64,000 nucleotides of DNA from Candidatus Hydrogenedentota bacterium (GCA_963668025.2 CAXXTH010000010.1:1248001-1312000); one strand, 5' to 3'. Shown: positions 9,942 through 20,297, numbered from the stretch's first letter. Numbers and translations: made by a program. Notes: generated by a model from the sequence alone, not told the origin.

Positions 9942-10955
9942 TTAAATGTAATTATTCTGGTTCTGAAGAACCTCCAACATGGCCATAACATTTTCAGGAG
10001 GCACATCCTTGGGCACCGCGTGGGACGGGCCAGCGATGTATCCTCCGCCCTTTCCCAAGGTTTTAAGCAATTCCATGGTTGCGCTCCTCACTTCTTCACA
10101 CGTTCCGTGTGGCAATAGATGTTGGACGCTAATTCCTCCGTAAAAGGCGAGTTTTCCGTGGAACTGCTTTTTGACGCTATGCAGATCCATGCATTCTGGT
10201 TGAAACGGATTGAATATGTTTACACCCATTTCGATAAGTTCAGGAAACAATTCCGCAACGCTGCCGCAACAATGGATTAATACATGCCGGTCTGCGCCTC
10301 TTACTCGTTGATACAATTTCATGGCGCGAGGTTTGATAAATGTGCGCCACAGATCCGCGCCCATGATGAGCCCCGATTGAGCGCCCCAGTCATCGCCAAA
10401 CCCCACGCAATCGATATCATGCGCCAAGGCCCGATCCACATGGGCAAGGCAATATTCGGCGATAATATCTAGCAAATCATGAACAAACTGTGGTTTGGTA
10501 TACATGTCCATGAGAAGTTGATCTAGGCCGCGAAGCGACCAAGCGCGTTCGAACAAAGTAAAACCAATCATGACGACTCGATAGTTATCACGGTTGCGTT
10601 CGGTGAACTCACGATAGGTATGCTGATCACCTAAAGCCAATGGATTAGGAACTTCGAGATTGCGGAGCGTCGGCTCAGGCAGCAGACTATTCTCTACGAT
10701 TCCTACCTCTCGATCATTGGCAGTGTTCCAGACAACACCCCATTCATCCTGAATAAAGTCCGGAGATAATTGTTTGCGTCCCAATTTACGAACCGAAAAC
10801 CACGCGAAGTGATTTCCGAGACGCTCTTGAAAATTCGCGTCCCCTAAATATTCCGCCATCCGTTCCCGTTCCTCAACAGTAAATGATATGTTATATGGAA
10901 CGGTATCCGTTTCCCGGAATCTCAATGCTTCATAAACCCGCTCACGTTTTGTCAT
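9942..10955 (-). CDS. Uroporphyrinogen decarboxylase family protein (second copy)
   Basis: MTKRERV, DEWGVVW, FERAWSLRG, GDDWG.Q, HCCG, NPFQPE, GGYIAGPSH..P.ENV. Confidence 0.88.
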   Translation of the reverse strand: MTKRERVYEALRFRETDTVPYNISFTVEERERMAEYLGDANFQERLGNHFAWFSVRKLGRKQLSPDFIQDEWGVVWNTANDREVGIVENSLLPEPTLRNLEVPNPLALGDQHTYREFTERNRDNYRVVMIGFTLFERAWSLRGLDQLLMDMYTKPQFVHDLLDIIAEYCLAHVDRALAHDIDCVGFGDDWGAQSGLIMGADLWRTFIKPRAMKLYQRVRGADRHVLIHCCGSVAELFPELIEMGVNIFNPFQPECMDLHSVKKQFHGKLAFYGGISVQHLLPHGTCEEVRSATMELLKTLGKGGGYIAGPSHAVPKDVPPENVMAMLEVLQNQNNYI

Positions 10956-11722
10956 GATACGTCTCCTGTTCGAAGACATGCATCGGATGACAAACATGTC
11001 GCGTGAGTCCTCAAAACTTGGCGAAAGGCTGAGGTTGCCTCCACAATTCCTCCGTATTGGCGGTCAAAAATGCTGGAACTGCCGCAAACAAGGCAATCCG
11101 CACCCGCTTCCACCATGCGGGGCGCATGTTGTAAACTAACGTTGCCATCAACGGCGATATAAAGCTCCATACCCTTTGCCGTAATGAGCTTCTTCAGATC
11201 ATCAATCTTCCCGATCATTCCGTTAATCAGGCTTTGGCCCACAATCCCCGGATTGGTGGTCATAATAAGCACCAGATCCAATTCCGGAAGCAGATACTCA
11301 ATGCTCGAAAGGGACGTGGCTGGATTCAAAGCCACTCCCGCCATGGCTCCTCGATCTCGAATGGCTTGGGCTAATAAATATGCATGATAAGTCGCCTCGA
11401 TCTGAAACGTGACAATCGATGGCGCTAATTCATCCAGAATTCTGGGAACCCAGTATTCTGGGTTTGACACTAAAAGATGAACATCAATAGGAATATGTGT
11501 GGCCGCACGTATCTGTTTGGCCTGTTCGATGCCAATTCCCAGGTACGGCACAAAATGCCCATCCGCCATGTCGATGTGCAGATAATCGATTTTTGCCTCT
11601 TCAAGGGCGTCCAAATCCTTTCCAAGGCTAATCGAATTGGCGCAGAGCAGGGAAGCCATAAGTTTTGGCGGCTTAAGATCCATACGAACAATTTTCTTCG
11701 AAAACGGCATTTTTTGCTCCAT
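10952..11722 (-). CDS. Ribulose-phosphate 3-epimerase family (Rpe/AlsE-like)
   Basis: SLLCAN, HIDMADGHFVP, DVHL, GVALNPAT, MTTNPG, VDGNV, CGSS. Confidence 0.9.
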   Translation of the reverse strand: MEQKMPFSKKIVRMDLKPPKLMASLLCANSISLGKDLDALEEAKIDYLHIDMADGHFVPYLGIGIEQAKQIRAATHIPIDVHLLVSNPEYWVPRILDELAPSIVTFQIEATYHAYLLAQAIRDRGAMAGVALNPATSLSSIEYLLPELDLVLIMTTNPGIVGQSLINGMIGKIDDLKKLITAKGMELYIAVDGNVSLQHAPRMVEAGADCLVCGSSSIFDRQYGGIVEATSAFRQVLRTHATCLSSDACLRTGDVS

Positions 11723-11751
11723 TCCTCTTAATAGTATATATCTATCTTGAA

Positions 11752-14190
11752 CTATAAATCTTTGCTTTCCGTGCGAATTCTTTGATCCATGTAGCTCAAC
11801 AGGCTTTCGCCACCGAATTCCTGATCGAACAGATATGCCGCTTCGCGCAGAATGCCGAAAATGGTGCCCATATACTTAATGGGCGCGTTGAATTTAAGGC
11901 TCCACAGTGTGGCATCTTGATTTCTGACCAACGGCAAGTAACGATCCCGGTAATCCACCACCTGCTCGAGCGCGGCTTTAAAATGCTGGCGAGCCTGTGC
12001 GACCTGTTCTTCCCGAGCGCCTTGCTCGGTTGTATTCCTGGCGGTATTTGCATACAAAAGCGCCAAGTGATATTCCTTAAAGAGCCGGACAAGCGACTGC
12101 GTGGCCTTGGCAAGTTCATGGAGAAGCTGTATTTCGGAATTCCCTGGCTCGCTGGCCAAAGCCTTGGCCAGCATCTGCTCGGACTGGTCGGCGATGGCGA
12201 TCGCATCCGCAACCGCAAAACGCTCCAGCCACGGCTCTTGGTCGCCCACGGTTACTTTTCGGAGTCCATCCGGCTGAGGGGCTTGCGGCAAGGAAAAAGA
12301 CAAGGTAATAAAGCTCATAAGGATGGACACTTCGTATTCCGACAAGCCGGCATTCTTGAGAGCGCCCATGTCGGTCGCCCACGGCGCGCAAAAAGTTCCC
12401 CAACGATAAAAATCGACACTCTCGATGGCGTCTGGTTTAGTATCCAAATAAAACGCCTCGGTGATTTTGTGCGTGTCCTTGATCGCCAAGAAAACGTCCT
12501 GGCCGGCCTCTTTCCCATACTTAGCCCGGCACCAGTTCTGCATGTACGCATTCCCGTCAAGCTCCGGATGCCAGCAGCCGACCTCGATGCCCGCACCTTG
12601 AATCATGACCCCGACCATTCCTTTTGGGGCGCACCTTTGCAGTGTGTTCAGATGCATGGGCAAAGACCAGCTCAAATGGCTGAGGATGCAAGAGATGGGC
12701 GAGACGATTCCCGGTCCATCCGACTCATAATGCTGGAAAAAGGAGATGAGCGGAACGCCCTTGTCTAGCAACATGCAATCCGGAGCGAGCCAAGACTGGC
12801 AATCCCCGCCTGGCGGAGAGCCCAGTGATAAGAGAAAGGCTTCCACATCCGGGCCCAACCGGTTTTTCAATGCTTGTGCTACGGCGACCGGGTCGTTGTG
12901 GAATTCAGGATGATGCGCCGAAATGTAATGCAGCAGTCCCGGGGGACACATCGTAAACCGGATCGAAGGCTTTACTTGGCGGGCGGTCTTAATCACCAAT
13001 GCCATATAGTCGGCGGCCCGGTCCAGAAAGGGGTAGGCTGCACACTTTTCGCAACCGCAGTTCAACTCGCCGCCCAAGTCGGAGAGCATTATGTTTATCA
13101 GTTCGATCTCGGGAAAAGTCTCGACAAATTCTCTGACGGCGCTTTCCACATAAAGGCGGGTGGCCGGATTCGAGGGGCAAAAGTTGACAAGAAATCCCCG
13201 AGGGTCGGGTTTTGCCGCCATCCCGGGATGCGCCGCGCTGAGCGCATCGTGATATGCCTGGAGGCTCCCCATTTGAGGCGCAATGGAAAAACTCAGGGGA
13301 TTCCATGTAATAGCAGGCATCGCACCATTTTTGATGGAGTTGGCGTATCTCGCATGAAGCCCTTGCTGGTTCGTGAGAATCTGCGCGCTTTGCGCCGCGC
13401 CGCCGAGTTCGGGGAAATCCTTATAGAAGAGAAGGGGATTGATCGAGCCCCCGCCCCAATCGCTTGCCATGGATATATTCAAGCGCCAGCGTCCGAGCGC
13501 ATCAGCAGGTTCGCCGATAAAGACGTGCGTCGGCCAGCCACGGTAACGGACGGACGGAATAAATGTCTGATCAATCCTGGGCATCCCGCGCGAACTGGTT
13601 CGCTCTTCTAGCTCATAGGCGCCGTAAAGCACGCCCCGGGCTACCGGCGAGACGATCAGGAGCAACTTCCGACGTTCTTGCGAGATCGGCTTGATAATGA
13701 AACCGTCCTCGTTGAGCAGCTCGACCGTGACTTGAAGGCCTGCCTCCTGGGCCAAGGCGTTGGCCAGGGCAAACTGGCCGGGCACTCCCAGAACAATCAC
13801 ACGCTTTCCCTTGAACGTCGCGGGCAACGCCGCCTGCGCGGAATCCACCTCCACCACTGTGGCATCGCCCAGCCCCAGTTTAGTCAGCGTGGAGCGCAAC
13901 GCCTCGGCTCCCGTCCGAATGGCATCGGAAGCATTATTGGCGATCACGATGGCATCGGCCTGGCGGCTCCAGATGGGCTGTGCCTTAAGCTCCTCGGAGC
14001 TAAATCGCAATACGAAGGGTGATTCGGGATAGCCCAGCGGCAATACTTGCTTGCAGCGCATCGGCTCGGAATAGTCATATGCATGTCCCACGGCGCATGA
14101 CAGCATAATAGGCAGCATAATTTTTGCGATTCCGCGAAAGCTCCAATGTGTTACGGGCATCGTGTTTGCTCCATGTTTTTTAGGATTCAT
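11752..14190 (-). CDS. Secreted uncharacterised glycoside-hydrolase-like protein (GH20/GH67-type N-terminal domain plus TIM-barrel-like region)
   Basis: Signal peptide (..CAVGHA); EDGFIIK...RGVLYGAYEL...PSVRYRG N-terminal module; FCPSNP and CGCEKC motifs reminiscent of DUF4838-like proteins. Confidence 0.55.
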   Translation of the reverse strand: MNPKKHGANTMPVTHWSFRGIAKIMLPIMLSCAVGHAYDYSEPMRCKQVLPLGYPESPFVLRFSSEELKAQPIWSRQADAIVIANNASDAIRTGAEALRSTLTKLGLGDATVVEVDSAQAALPATFKGKRVIVLGVPGQFALANALAQEAGLQVTVELLNEDGFIIKPISQERRKLLLIVSPVARGVLYGAYELEERTSSRGMPRIDQTFIPSVRYRGWPTHVFIGEPADALGRWRLNISMASDWGGGSINPLLFYKDFPELGGAAQSAQILTNQQGLHARYANSIKNGAMPAITWNPLSFSIAPQMGSLQAYHDALSAAHPGMAAKPDPRGFLVNFCPSNPATRLYVESAVREFVETFPEIELINIMLSDLGGELNCGCEKCAAYPFLDRAADYMALVIKTARQVKPSIRFTMCPPGLLHYISAHHPEFHNDPVAVAQALKNRLGPDVEAFLLSLGSPPGGDCQSWLAPDCMLLDKGVPLISFFQHYESDGPGIVSPISCILSHLSWSLPMHLNTLQRCAPKGMVGVMIQGAGIEVGCWHPELDGNAYMQNWCRAKYGKEAGQDVFLAIKDTHKITEAFYLDTKPDAIESVDFYRWGTFCAPWATDMGALKNAGLSEYEVSILMSFITLSFSLPQAPQPDGLRKVTVGDQEPWLERFAVADAIAIADQSEQMLAKALASEPGNSEIQLLHELAKATQSLVRLFKEYHLALLYANTARNTTEQGAREEQVAQARQHFKAALEQVVDYRDRYLPLVRNQDATLWSLKFNAPIKYMGTIFGILREAAYLFDQEFGGESLLSYMDQRIRTESKDL

Positions 14191-14274
14191 CTCACGAATC
14201 TATTAGCGGGAAGAACCTTTTTTTGTGATGATTTTCAATCCATATTTATAAAACCGCGGCAATGCATTAAGCGC

Positions 14275-15366
14275 TCATCCCCATCCTCCGTAGGTCCAGG
14301 ACCAGTAACTGAAGACATGATAGAGCCGCGCATCTCCGCCCACGGGCGTGGGGCCATTGCCCGGCATGCAAGGCCATTCATTCGGGAATCGGCGGAATTC
14401 CACGTGGCCATCCATGTAAAGGGTGTTGCTTCCGCCTGGTATATGGTTGAAGGTCACTTGGTTATTGGTGATGGGAAACCCAGGGGCCGCAAAGCCGCTA
14501 GCCCAGCAATCGAACATTACGATCATTTCGCTCTGGGACTTCGCGGCCGCGGCGGGATTGTTGATGTCGGTGATCAAGAACCGTTCGGCGCCTTCCCGCA
14601 GCCGGGGGATCGTCGTGGGCAGCGGACCGCCGTCGTCGTCGGTCCATGCGGCTGTTCCCGTATTACCGCGCAAACTGGTTTTTGTGGCTTTGGTCTTCTT
14701 TTCACTGAGATCATTCTCGAATGTGGCCCAGTGTACGATTGGGAAATTACCCCAAGGATTGCTGGCAGATGCCGGATAGTAGTCCAGTAAGTCTCCATTT
14801 TCTTGGGCGCTAGGATCCACGGCATAGAGTTGCGTGATCATGGCATGAACCAGTCGCGATTTTGTCCCCGTCACCCAGGGTATATAATGGTATGAGATGT
14901 TTTGCGACAACACCATACCCAGCCACGGTTTGGCCAGGGGCTCGTTACTCGATGCAACTTCCTGAACGAACTCGGCCATGTTCTCACCTACTAAGTTGTC
15001 CATGGTAAATTTTGGGATCCACTCCGTAATATGCGAAGTGGAGGCGTCCCTCGAGTCGGACGGACAGACCATCAGATTCGGATCCGACCAGTAATCAGGG
15101 TAGATAGAATCGCCAGCCACTCCATGAAACACCGCATAAGACACCTGGTAATCTGAGGCGGGAGGAAACAAACCGCTCTTGTTCTCGCCCGCGTACATCT
15201 TATAGATAATACCCCATTGCTTGAGATTGCTGGCGCATGAAGCCCGGCGTGCGGCTTCCCGGGCCCGCGCAAGCGCTGGCAGCAAAATCGCCGCCAATAT
15301 GGCGATGATGGCGATCACCACCAGCAGCTCGATTAGGGTAAAGCCTGTTTTCTGTTGCATTTTCAT
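14275..15366 (-). CDS. DUF1559 pseudopilin (prepilin N-terminal cleavage/methylation, H-X9-DG C-terminal motif), copy 1
   Basis: [43 protein letters not shown]; CPSD; [17 protein letters not shown]. Start placed at 15366. Confidence 0.9.
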   Translation of the reverse strand: MKMQQKTGFTLIELLVVIAIIAILAAILLPALARAREAARRASCASNLKQWGIIYKMYAGENKSGLFPPASDYQVSYAVFHGVAGDSIYPDYWSDPNLMVCPSDSRDASTSHITEWIPKFTMDNLVGENMAEFVQEVASSNEPLAKPWLGMVLSQNISYHYIPWVTGTKSRLVHAMITQLYAVDPSAQENGDLLDYYPASASNPWGNFPIVHWATFENDLSEKKTKATKTSLRGNTGTAAWTDDDGGPLPTTIPRLREGAERFLITDINNPAAAAKSQSEMIVMFDCWASGFAAPGFPITNNQVTFNHIPGGSNTLYMDGHVEFRRFPNEWPCMPGNGPTPVGGDARLYHVFSYWSWTYGGWG

Positions 15367-15643
15367 CGCCCTCTCGCCAGGGTTGGTTTGTCCCAAGAAT
15401 CTGTTTCGAGTAATGCTAACTAGCATACATAGGATTACGAATAATCCATGTGGGGAATCCTTTCAGTAATTGCTTTTTTATAACTACATGAACGCATCAC
15501 GGTATAAGAAGAACGCGCATTCGATAAGAAACGGGCGGATTGTACGTTCAAGGTTTTCTCTACGAGCAAACCGCACAGACAATACCCGCGAACAGATTCT
15601 TGTGAATCGTCCTATTTTAGAGCCGAGGCCATGCATTGAATGC

Positions 15644-16732
15644 TCATCCCCATCCGCCAAAGAGCCAGGTCCAAAAACCGAATGTTTGATACAGCCGCAT
15701 GTCGCCGTTCACGGGCGCTCCGCCATTGCCTGGCATGCAGGGCCAATCGTTCGGAAACCGGCGAAATGTAACGTGGCCATCCATGTAAAGGGTATCGCTG
15801 CCGCCAGGTATATGGTTGAAGGTCACTTGATTTGAATTCGTCGAAGGATACCATGGAGCGGTGCACCCGCCCGCCCAGCTATCGAACATCACGATCATTT
15901 CGCTCTGGGACTTAGCGGCGGCGGCGGGATTGTTGATGTCGGTGATGAAGAACCGCTCGGCGCCTTCCCGCAGCCGGGGGATCGTCGTAGGAAGCGGGCC
16001 GCCGTCATCATCGGTCCAATTGGATGTCCCAGTATTGCCAGAAAAACTTTTCTTTACGTACTTGGTCGCTTTTTCGCTAAGGTCTCTCTCAAAAGTAGCC
16101 CAGTGTACGACCGCGAAGTTGCCCCAAGGATTTGACTTTGAGGCCGGATAATAGTCCAACACATCATCCGATTCACGGGCCCCCTCTTCCACGGCATAGC
16201 ATTGTGTGACCATGGCATGCACCAGTCTCGATTTTGTCCCAGTCGCCCATGGGATATAATGGTACGAGATGTTCTGTGACAACACCACGCCCAGCCACGG
16301 TTTGGCCAGCGGATCGTTACTGGAGGCGATCTTTTTAACGAAATCGGCCATGGGATCGCCCACTAAGTTGTCTATGGAAAAATTCGTGATCAGGTTATAC
16401 ATGACCGAACTCGAACCGCTGCGCGAGTCCGACGGGCAGACCATGAGATTCGGATCGGACCAGTAGTCGGGATAGATGGAATCACCGGCCACCCCATGAA
16501 ACAGGCCAGAGTACACTTGGTAGTTTGACGCAGGAGGGTAAAGCCCGCTCTTGTTTTCCCCTGCATACATTTTGAAGATGATGCCCCATTGCTTGAGATT
16601 GCTGGCGCACGAAGCCCGCCGCGCGGCTTCACGGGCGCGCGCAAGCGCTGGCAATAAAATCGCTGCTAATATGGCGATAATGGCAATAACAACCAGCAGC
16701 TCAATGAGTGTAAAGCCTTTTTTCTTTTCCAT
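15644..16732 (-). CDS. DUF1559 pseudopilin, copy 2 (tandem paralog of copy 1)
   Basis: [13 protein letters not shown]...; [17 protein letters not shown]; collinear and highly similar to copy 1. Confidence 0.9.
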   Translation of the reverse strand: MEKKKGFTLIELLVVIAIIAILAAILLPALARAREAARRASCASNLKQWGIIFKMYAGENKSGLYPPASNYQVYSGLFHGVAGDSIYPDYWSDPNLMVCPSDSRSGSSSVMYNLITNFSIDNLVGDPMADFVKKIASSNDPLAKPWLGVVLSQNISYHYIPWATGTKSRLVHAMVTQCYAVEEGARESDDVLDYYPASKSNPWGNFAVVHWATFERDLSEKATKYVKKSFSGNTGTSNWTDDDGGPLPTTIPRLREGAERFFITDINNPAAAAKSQSEMIVMFDSWAGGCTAPWYPSTNSNQVTFNHIPGGSDTLYMDGHVTFRRFPNDWPCMPGNGGAPVNGDMRLYQTFGFWTWLFGGWG

Positions 16733-16845
16733 TTTTTGTCTCCGCATCATGATTACGATCACTGAATGATGAATTGAAATGTATTTCGTCTGATTACACA
16801 TGCATTCGATAACGTCCAAAATGAACTTCAAGTTTTGTTGACTGA

Positions 16846-16882
16846 GGGGCCGGGGATTATGGAGGGTTCAATTCCCGGCCCC
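16846..16882 (-). terminator. GC-rich hairpin between the surface-protein gene and pseudopilin copy 2 (terminator or mRNA-stabilising stem)
   Basis: GGGGCCGGG...CCCGGCCCC inverted repeat; no clear U-tract. Confidence 0.45.
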
Positions 16883-16933
16883 ATATCAGACACTAGGAAA
16901 AGCCTAGCGCCGAGTGATGAGCGAGCGCATTCA

Positions 16934-18517
16934 TTATTGCTGTTGCAACCGATGGCGAGCCGAGATGCTCAACGCGCCTGCCAGCGCCGCTAAGCCTAAG
17001 ATAGACAATGCAGGCAATGCGCCACCGCTGCCGGGGTAGGAGAGCGGATCGTTCGGGTCCGTACCGGCATCTACTTCGTCGCCATCGTTGTATGTGTCAC
17101 CGTCCGTATCGGCAACATTGGGATCCGTGCCCGTATCCGTCGGGCTCACATATACGCCGGTATCGGTCTCCACGGAGTCCAGCAAGCCATCGCCGTCCGT
17201 ATCTGTATCACCGCCTCCGGCGATGCCTTGGCTGCCAATGGAACCGCCCGCCTGTGAGGCCGTGGCAAAGGGGTCGTTTGTGTAATGGTAGTCGTTGTTG
17301 GCCGGGTCAATGTAAGCGGGTTCCTGGCCGGGATTCAGGTCATGAGCCCCACGCGTACAGCCCATATAAGCCAACGAATCATCGGTTCCGGCATAGACAT
17401 TGTTGTAGTCCGAATCGAGCGTCACGGCGCCTTCGGTTCCGTTGACCAATATTCCGTATCCCGATTCACTGTCGTTATTGGCCGTGATGATTGAGTTTTT
17501 AACGTGGATCTCGCGTGAGGTTCCCCCGTAGGTATCAGCATCATTGTTTTCCACAATGACGCCGCTTTGGCCGCTATACAGATCCGAATAATCGATATTG
17601 ACCGCGACGCCATTGGAGTTGTCGCCGATCATCACTGCGGCGCCGCCCACGCCAGCCGTATCAATGGTGCAATGATCAATGTTCAGTACGACATTCTCCG
17701 CGAGTATTCCCCAAAGGAAAAAGGCCGCGCTGCCATTGGTGCTCCCATTCTTGACCCAGCAATTATTGAAAGCAAAGGTGGATGGTGATGCACTCGTGTT
17801 GTACACATGGAGTGTTTTCGTAGGTTGTGCAAAGGTGCAATCATTGCAAATCACATTCATCTTGATGTCGCTGTTTGCATAAACGCCTCCGCAGTTGGAG
17901 CCGCCGTTGATGACCTGGCAATCGTTAAAGGTCATCTGAACCTCTTCACCCGAAGCATAGGAGTGGGTAAGGAAGACATTGTTGTAAGCCCCGTAGTCGA
18001 AAATGATGTTGTTGAAGACGGCTGGCGCCAGGACGTTGCTCGCATTGCCGGGAGACTGGGGATTGAGCACCTCAATCATCATGTGATTGTCACCAGGATT
18101 GATTACTCGGAGATTCTCATAGGTCACTTCCCCGCTGCTCACCCATGCCGTGCGCATGCTGAGGCCGTTGGAAAATCCGCCATAATCCATGATGATCTGG
18201 CCTCCGTCGTTGGAACCCAGACGGCTTGGGCCCTTCTCAAACAAGGGAGACCAAAGGTTGTCTTTGGTGAACTGCAACGTAGGATTCTCCCCGGGAGAAG
18301 CGATGATGGAGATGGCCTTGGAGATGATCCACAAAACATCCACGTACGTGGCGCTGTTTGTCATGCGAATCGTGTCGCCGTCGACGGAAGCGGCCAGCGC
18401 CGCCTGAAAGCTGGCCGTATCGGTTACGTCACGTACGGTCTGCGCTTGAACGTTGGTTTGGGTGAACATAACCGCTAAAACGAATAGCGCGCACGGAATA
18501 AAGTAAACATTCTTCAT
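16934..18517 (-). CDS. Secreted beta-helix-like protein with Ca-binding DxDGDG repeats and a C-terminal LPA-TM-basic anchor
   Basis: Signal peptide (..NVQA); Asn/Gly-rich beta-helix-like body; DTDGDGLLD and DTDGDTYND repeats; ends ALPALSILGLAALAGALSISARHRLQQQ. Confidence 0.7.
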   Translation of the reverse strand: MKNVYFIPCALFVLAVMFTQTNVQAQTVRDVTDTASFQAALAASVDGDTIRMTNSATYVDVLWIISKAISIIASPGENPTLQFTKDNLWSPLFEKGPSRLGSNDGGQIIMDYGGFSNGLSMRTAWVSSGEVTYENLRVINPGDNHMMIEVLNPQSPGNASNVLAPAVFNNIIFDYGAYNNVFLTHSYASGEEVQMTFNDCQVINGGSNCGGVYANSDIKMNVICNDCTFAQPTKTLHVYNTSASPSTFAFNNCWVKNGSTNGSAAFFLWGILAENVVLNIDHCTIDTAGVGGAAVMIGDNSNGVAVNIDYSDLYSGQSGVIVENNDADTYGGTSREIHVKNSIITANNDSESGYGILVNGTEGAVTLDSDYNNVYAGTDDSLAYMGCTRGAHDLNPGQEPAYIDPANNDYHYTNDPFATASQAGGSIGSQGIAGGGDTDTDGDGLLDSVETDTGVYVSPTDTGTDPNVADTDGDTYNDGDEVDAGTDPNDPLSYPGSGGALPALSILGLAALAGALSISARHRLQQQ

Positions 18518-18770
18518 GTGTCTCTATCCTTTCCATCTTTATTTGACAGTTAACCCCACAACCTCATCTTGAGTGATGCCCGATTCTTCCTTCTGAATTC
18601 CTTAATCTTGCGTGGCTCCGTGTTCTGGTCCTCCTCCCCGATATATGTTGTTTTTACGTTGTGAACATTGCCGTGAAACAAAACGGTCCAGCCCCCCTTA
18701 CAAAGCTTTTAAGACTGCCCTCGCAGATGGCTTTAATGCCCGCCAAGCGATCATATCAATCATGAGTGTA

Positions 18771-18799
18771 ATCATAACGACTAATTTATATATTGTCAA
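18771..18799 (-). promoter_or_regulatory. Sigma70 promoter for the leftward 18517-6024 gene run
   Basis: Minus strand TTGACA(18799-18794)-17 nt-TATGAT(18776-18771). Confidence 0.75.
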
Positions 18800-18885
18800 T
18801 ACATAATTTGATTATTTCAATCATCCTCTGTGCATTCTGAATGAATCGTGCATAGTTGCTCTCTGTAAAACCTGAAACGCAGAAT

Positions 18886-18898
18886 GGGGGGGGGGGGG
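18886..18898. repeat. G13 homopolymer tract
   Basis: 13 consecutive G in the divergent promoter region. Confidence 0.9.
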
Positions 18899-19157
18899 AT
18901 GCAGGGAGAATCTCTTGGTATCCGGCACAGTGGTTTCCCACTGTATCGCCAACACAACCGAGAATAGTATCTAAGTCCTTTATTTACATTATTTATGCCT
19001 ATCAACGGAGTAAACAGGAAGGTCTAACCCAGCACTATTTTGTGGAAAAATTCATCTTGCCAGCATCCGAGCGGCCAAATGCTGGTACGGGAATCCTTCC
19101 CACTCGTAGCTGATTTATTTACGCTTTAGAAGTCACCTGATGAATCGCCTCATCTAG

Positions 19158-19217
19158 TCATATCGATTACTGTAATCATACCTTCTCTTGATATTATCGA
19201 AACGGTCACGATATCAT
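19158..19217 (+). promoter_or_regulatory. Putative deoR promoter with candidate operator boxes
   Basis: TTGATA(19188)-18 nt-TATCAT(19212); TCATATCGAT and TGTAATCATA boxes match those at 18751-18776. Confidence 0.5.
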
Positions 19218-19307
19218 ATGATATGATGTTTTTGTCGAGAAGGCCTCGATGTTTGTTTGCATCATTTGTTAAGTGAAAGAGTAGAAATCATCGATGGAGG
19301 CTACTGA

Positions 19308-20114
19308 ATGGTGATGACTAAACGTCATAAACAAATACTGGAAATCCTCAAATTCAGTGGGAATGCCGATGTGGAGACACTGGTTCAAATCCTTGGCGTA
19401 TCGGAACCAACGATTCGGCGTGATCTGACAACGCTGGAGAATAAAGGTTGTATAATCCGCACCTTCGGCGGAGCGCAACGTCTGCCGGAAAAATCGCTAG
19501 TAGCCAATTTTTTTGGAGATCGCTTGAGCCGGATGTGGGAAGAAAAGCTGTGGATTGCTCGAGCCGCCGCGAATATGGTTAAGCAAGGCATGATCGTGGC
19601 CCTCGATAATGGCTCCACGGTTCAATATGTGGCATCGGCTCTCCGCGAAAAGGGGCCCTTGACCGTTATTACAATGGGATTAGCGCCGATAGAAGAATTG
19701 GGCGCCAATAAAAATATCACCATCCATATGATTGGGGGGCGCTTTCATTTAAGCAACCTTGCATTTATAGGACCCACGACAATAGATGAATTCAAGAAAC
19801 ACAAAGCTGACATTGCTTTCATAGGCATGGATTCCTATATTCCTCAGCAAGGCGTTTTTACACCAGACCGCATGGGTTCTGAGATCGCTTTGGCATTGGC
19901 TGAATGCGCAAACCAGCGTGTTTGCGTGTGTGATCACACAAAATTCAACAACAATGCAAGATATCTGGCTCTCAACCCAGCCCATATCGATACGTTGATT
20001 ACAGACGCCGGAACGAGCAGCGAAATCCGGGCGCAACTCGACAAAGAACCTTTTGACGTCATTTACGCCTCGGATGAAAAAAAAGAGGAAAAGCTTTTGC
20101 AAATAGAAGCATAA
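19308..20114 (+). CDS. DeoR/GlpR family transcriptional regulator
   Basis: GVSEPTIRRDL..LE..G.IIRTFGGA HTH; LDNGST; GGAGG RBS. Confidence 0.93.
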   Translation: MVMTKRHKQILEILKFSGNADVETLVQILGVSEPTIRRDLTTLENKGCIIRTFGGAQRLPEKSLVANFFGDRLSRMWEEKLWIARAAANMVKQGMIVALDNGSTVQYVASALREKGPLTVITMGLAPIEELGANKNITIHMIGGRFHLSNLAFIGPTTIDEFKKHKADIAFIGMDSYIPQQGVFTPDRMGSEIALALAECANQRVCVCDHTKFNNNARYLALNPAHIDTLITDAGTSSEIRAQLDKEPFDVIYASDEKKEEKLLQIEA

Positions 20115-20297
20115 AAATTCTCTCGATGTTTCCGGACGCCACCTGCTCTCGATTGAATAATCATGGCAAAACCAACTCATGTATAATGGTTGGAACCAGA
20201 AGCAATGGAACGCACTGAATCTGGCGGTTTCCGCGCCTGTTAAACCATTGAAAAGAAGCTAGTTGTATCTTTTGAGGATCCAGCAAGACTACTCTCT

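Noticed and set aside
6024-10955. Haem biosynthesis (hemE) or RuMP formaldehyde fixation (hxlB)
   Set aside because: The canonical HemE RQAGR motif is absent, no hxlA/HPS is present, and the context is sugar uptake.
11782-13611. Long plus-strand ORFs (328 and 245 aa)
   Set aside because: Antisense shadows of the 812-aa gene, with no recognisable motifs or RBS.
14275-16732. Pilin paralogs as DGR targets or shufflon cassettes
   Set aside because: No reverse transcriptase, recombinase or template repeat in the window, and the differences are spread along the whole gene.
16846-16882. GGGTTCAATTCCC looks like a tRNA T-arm or att-site remnant
   Set aside because: No D-arm, anticodon arm or acceptor stem can be built; it is better explained as part of a simple intergenic hairpin.
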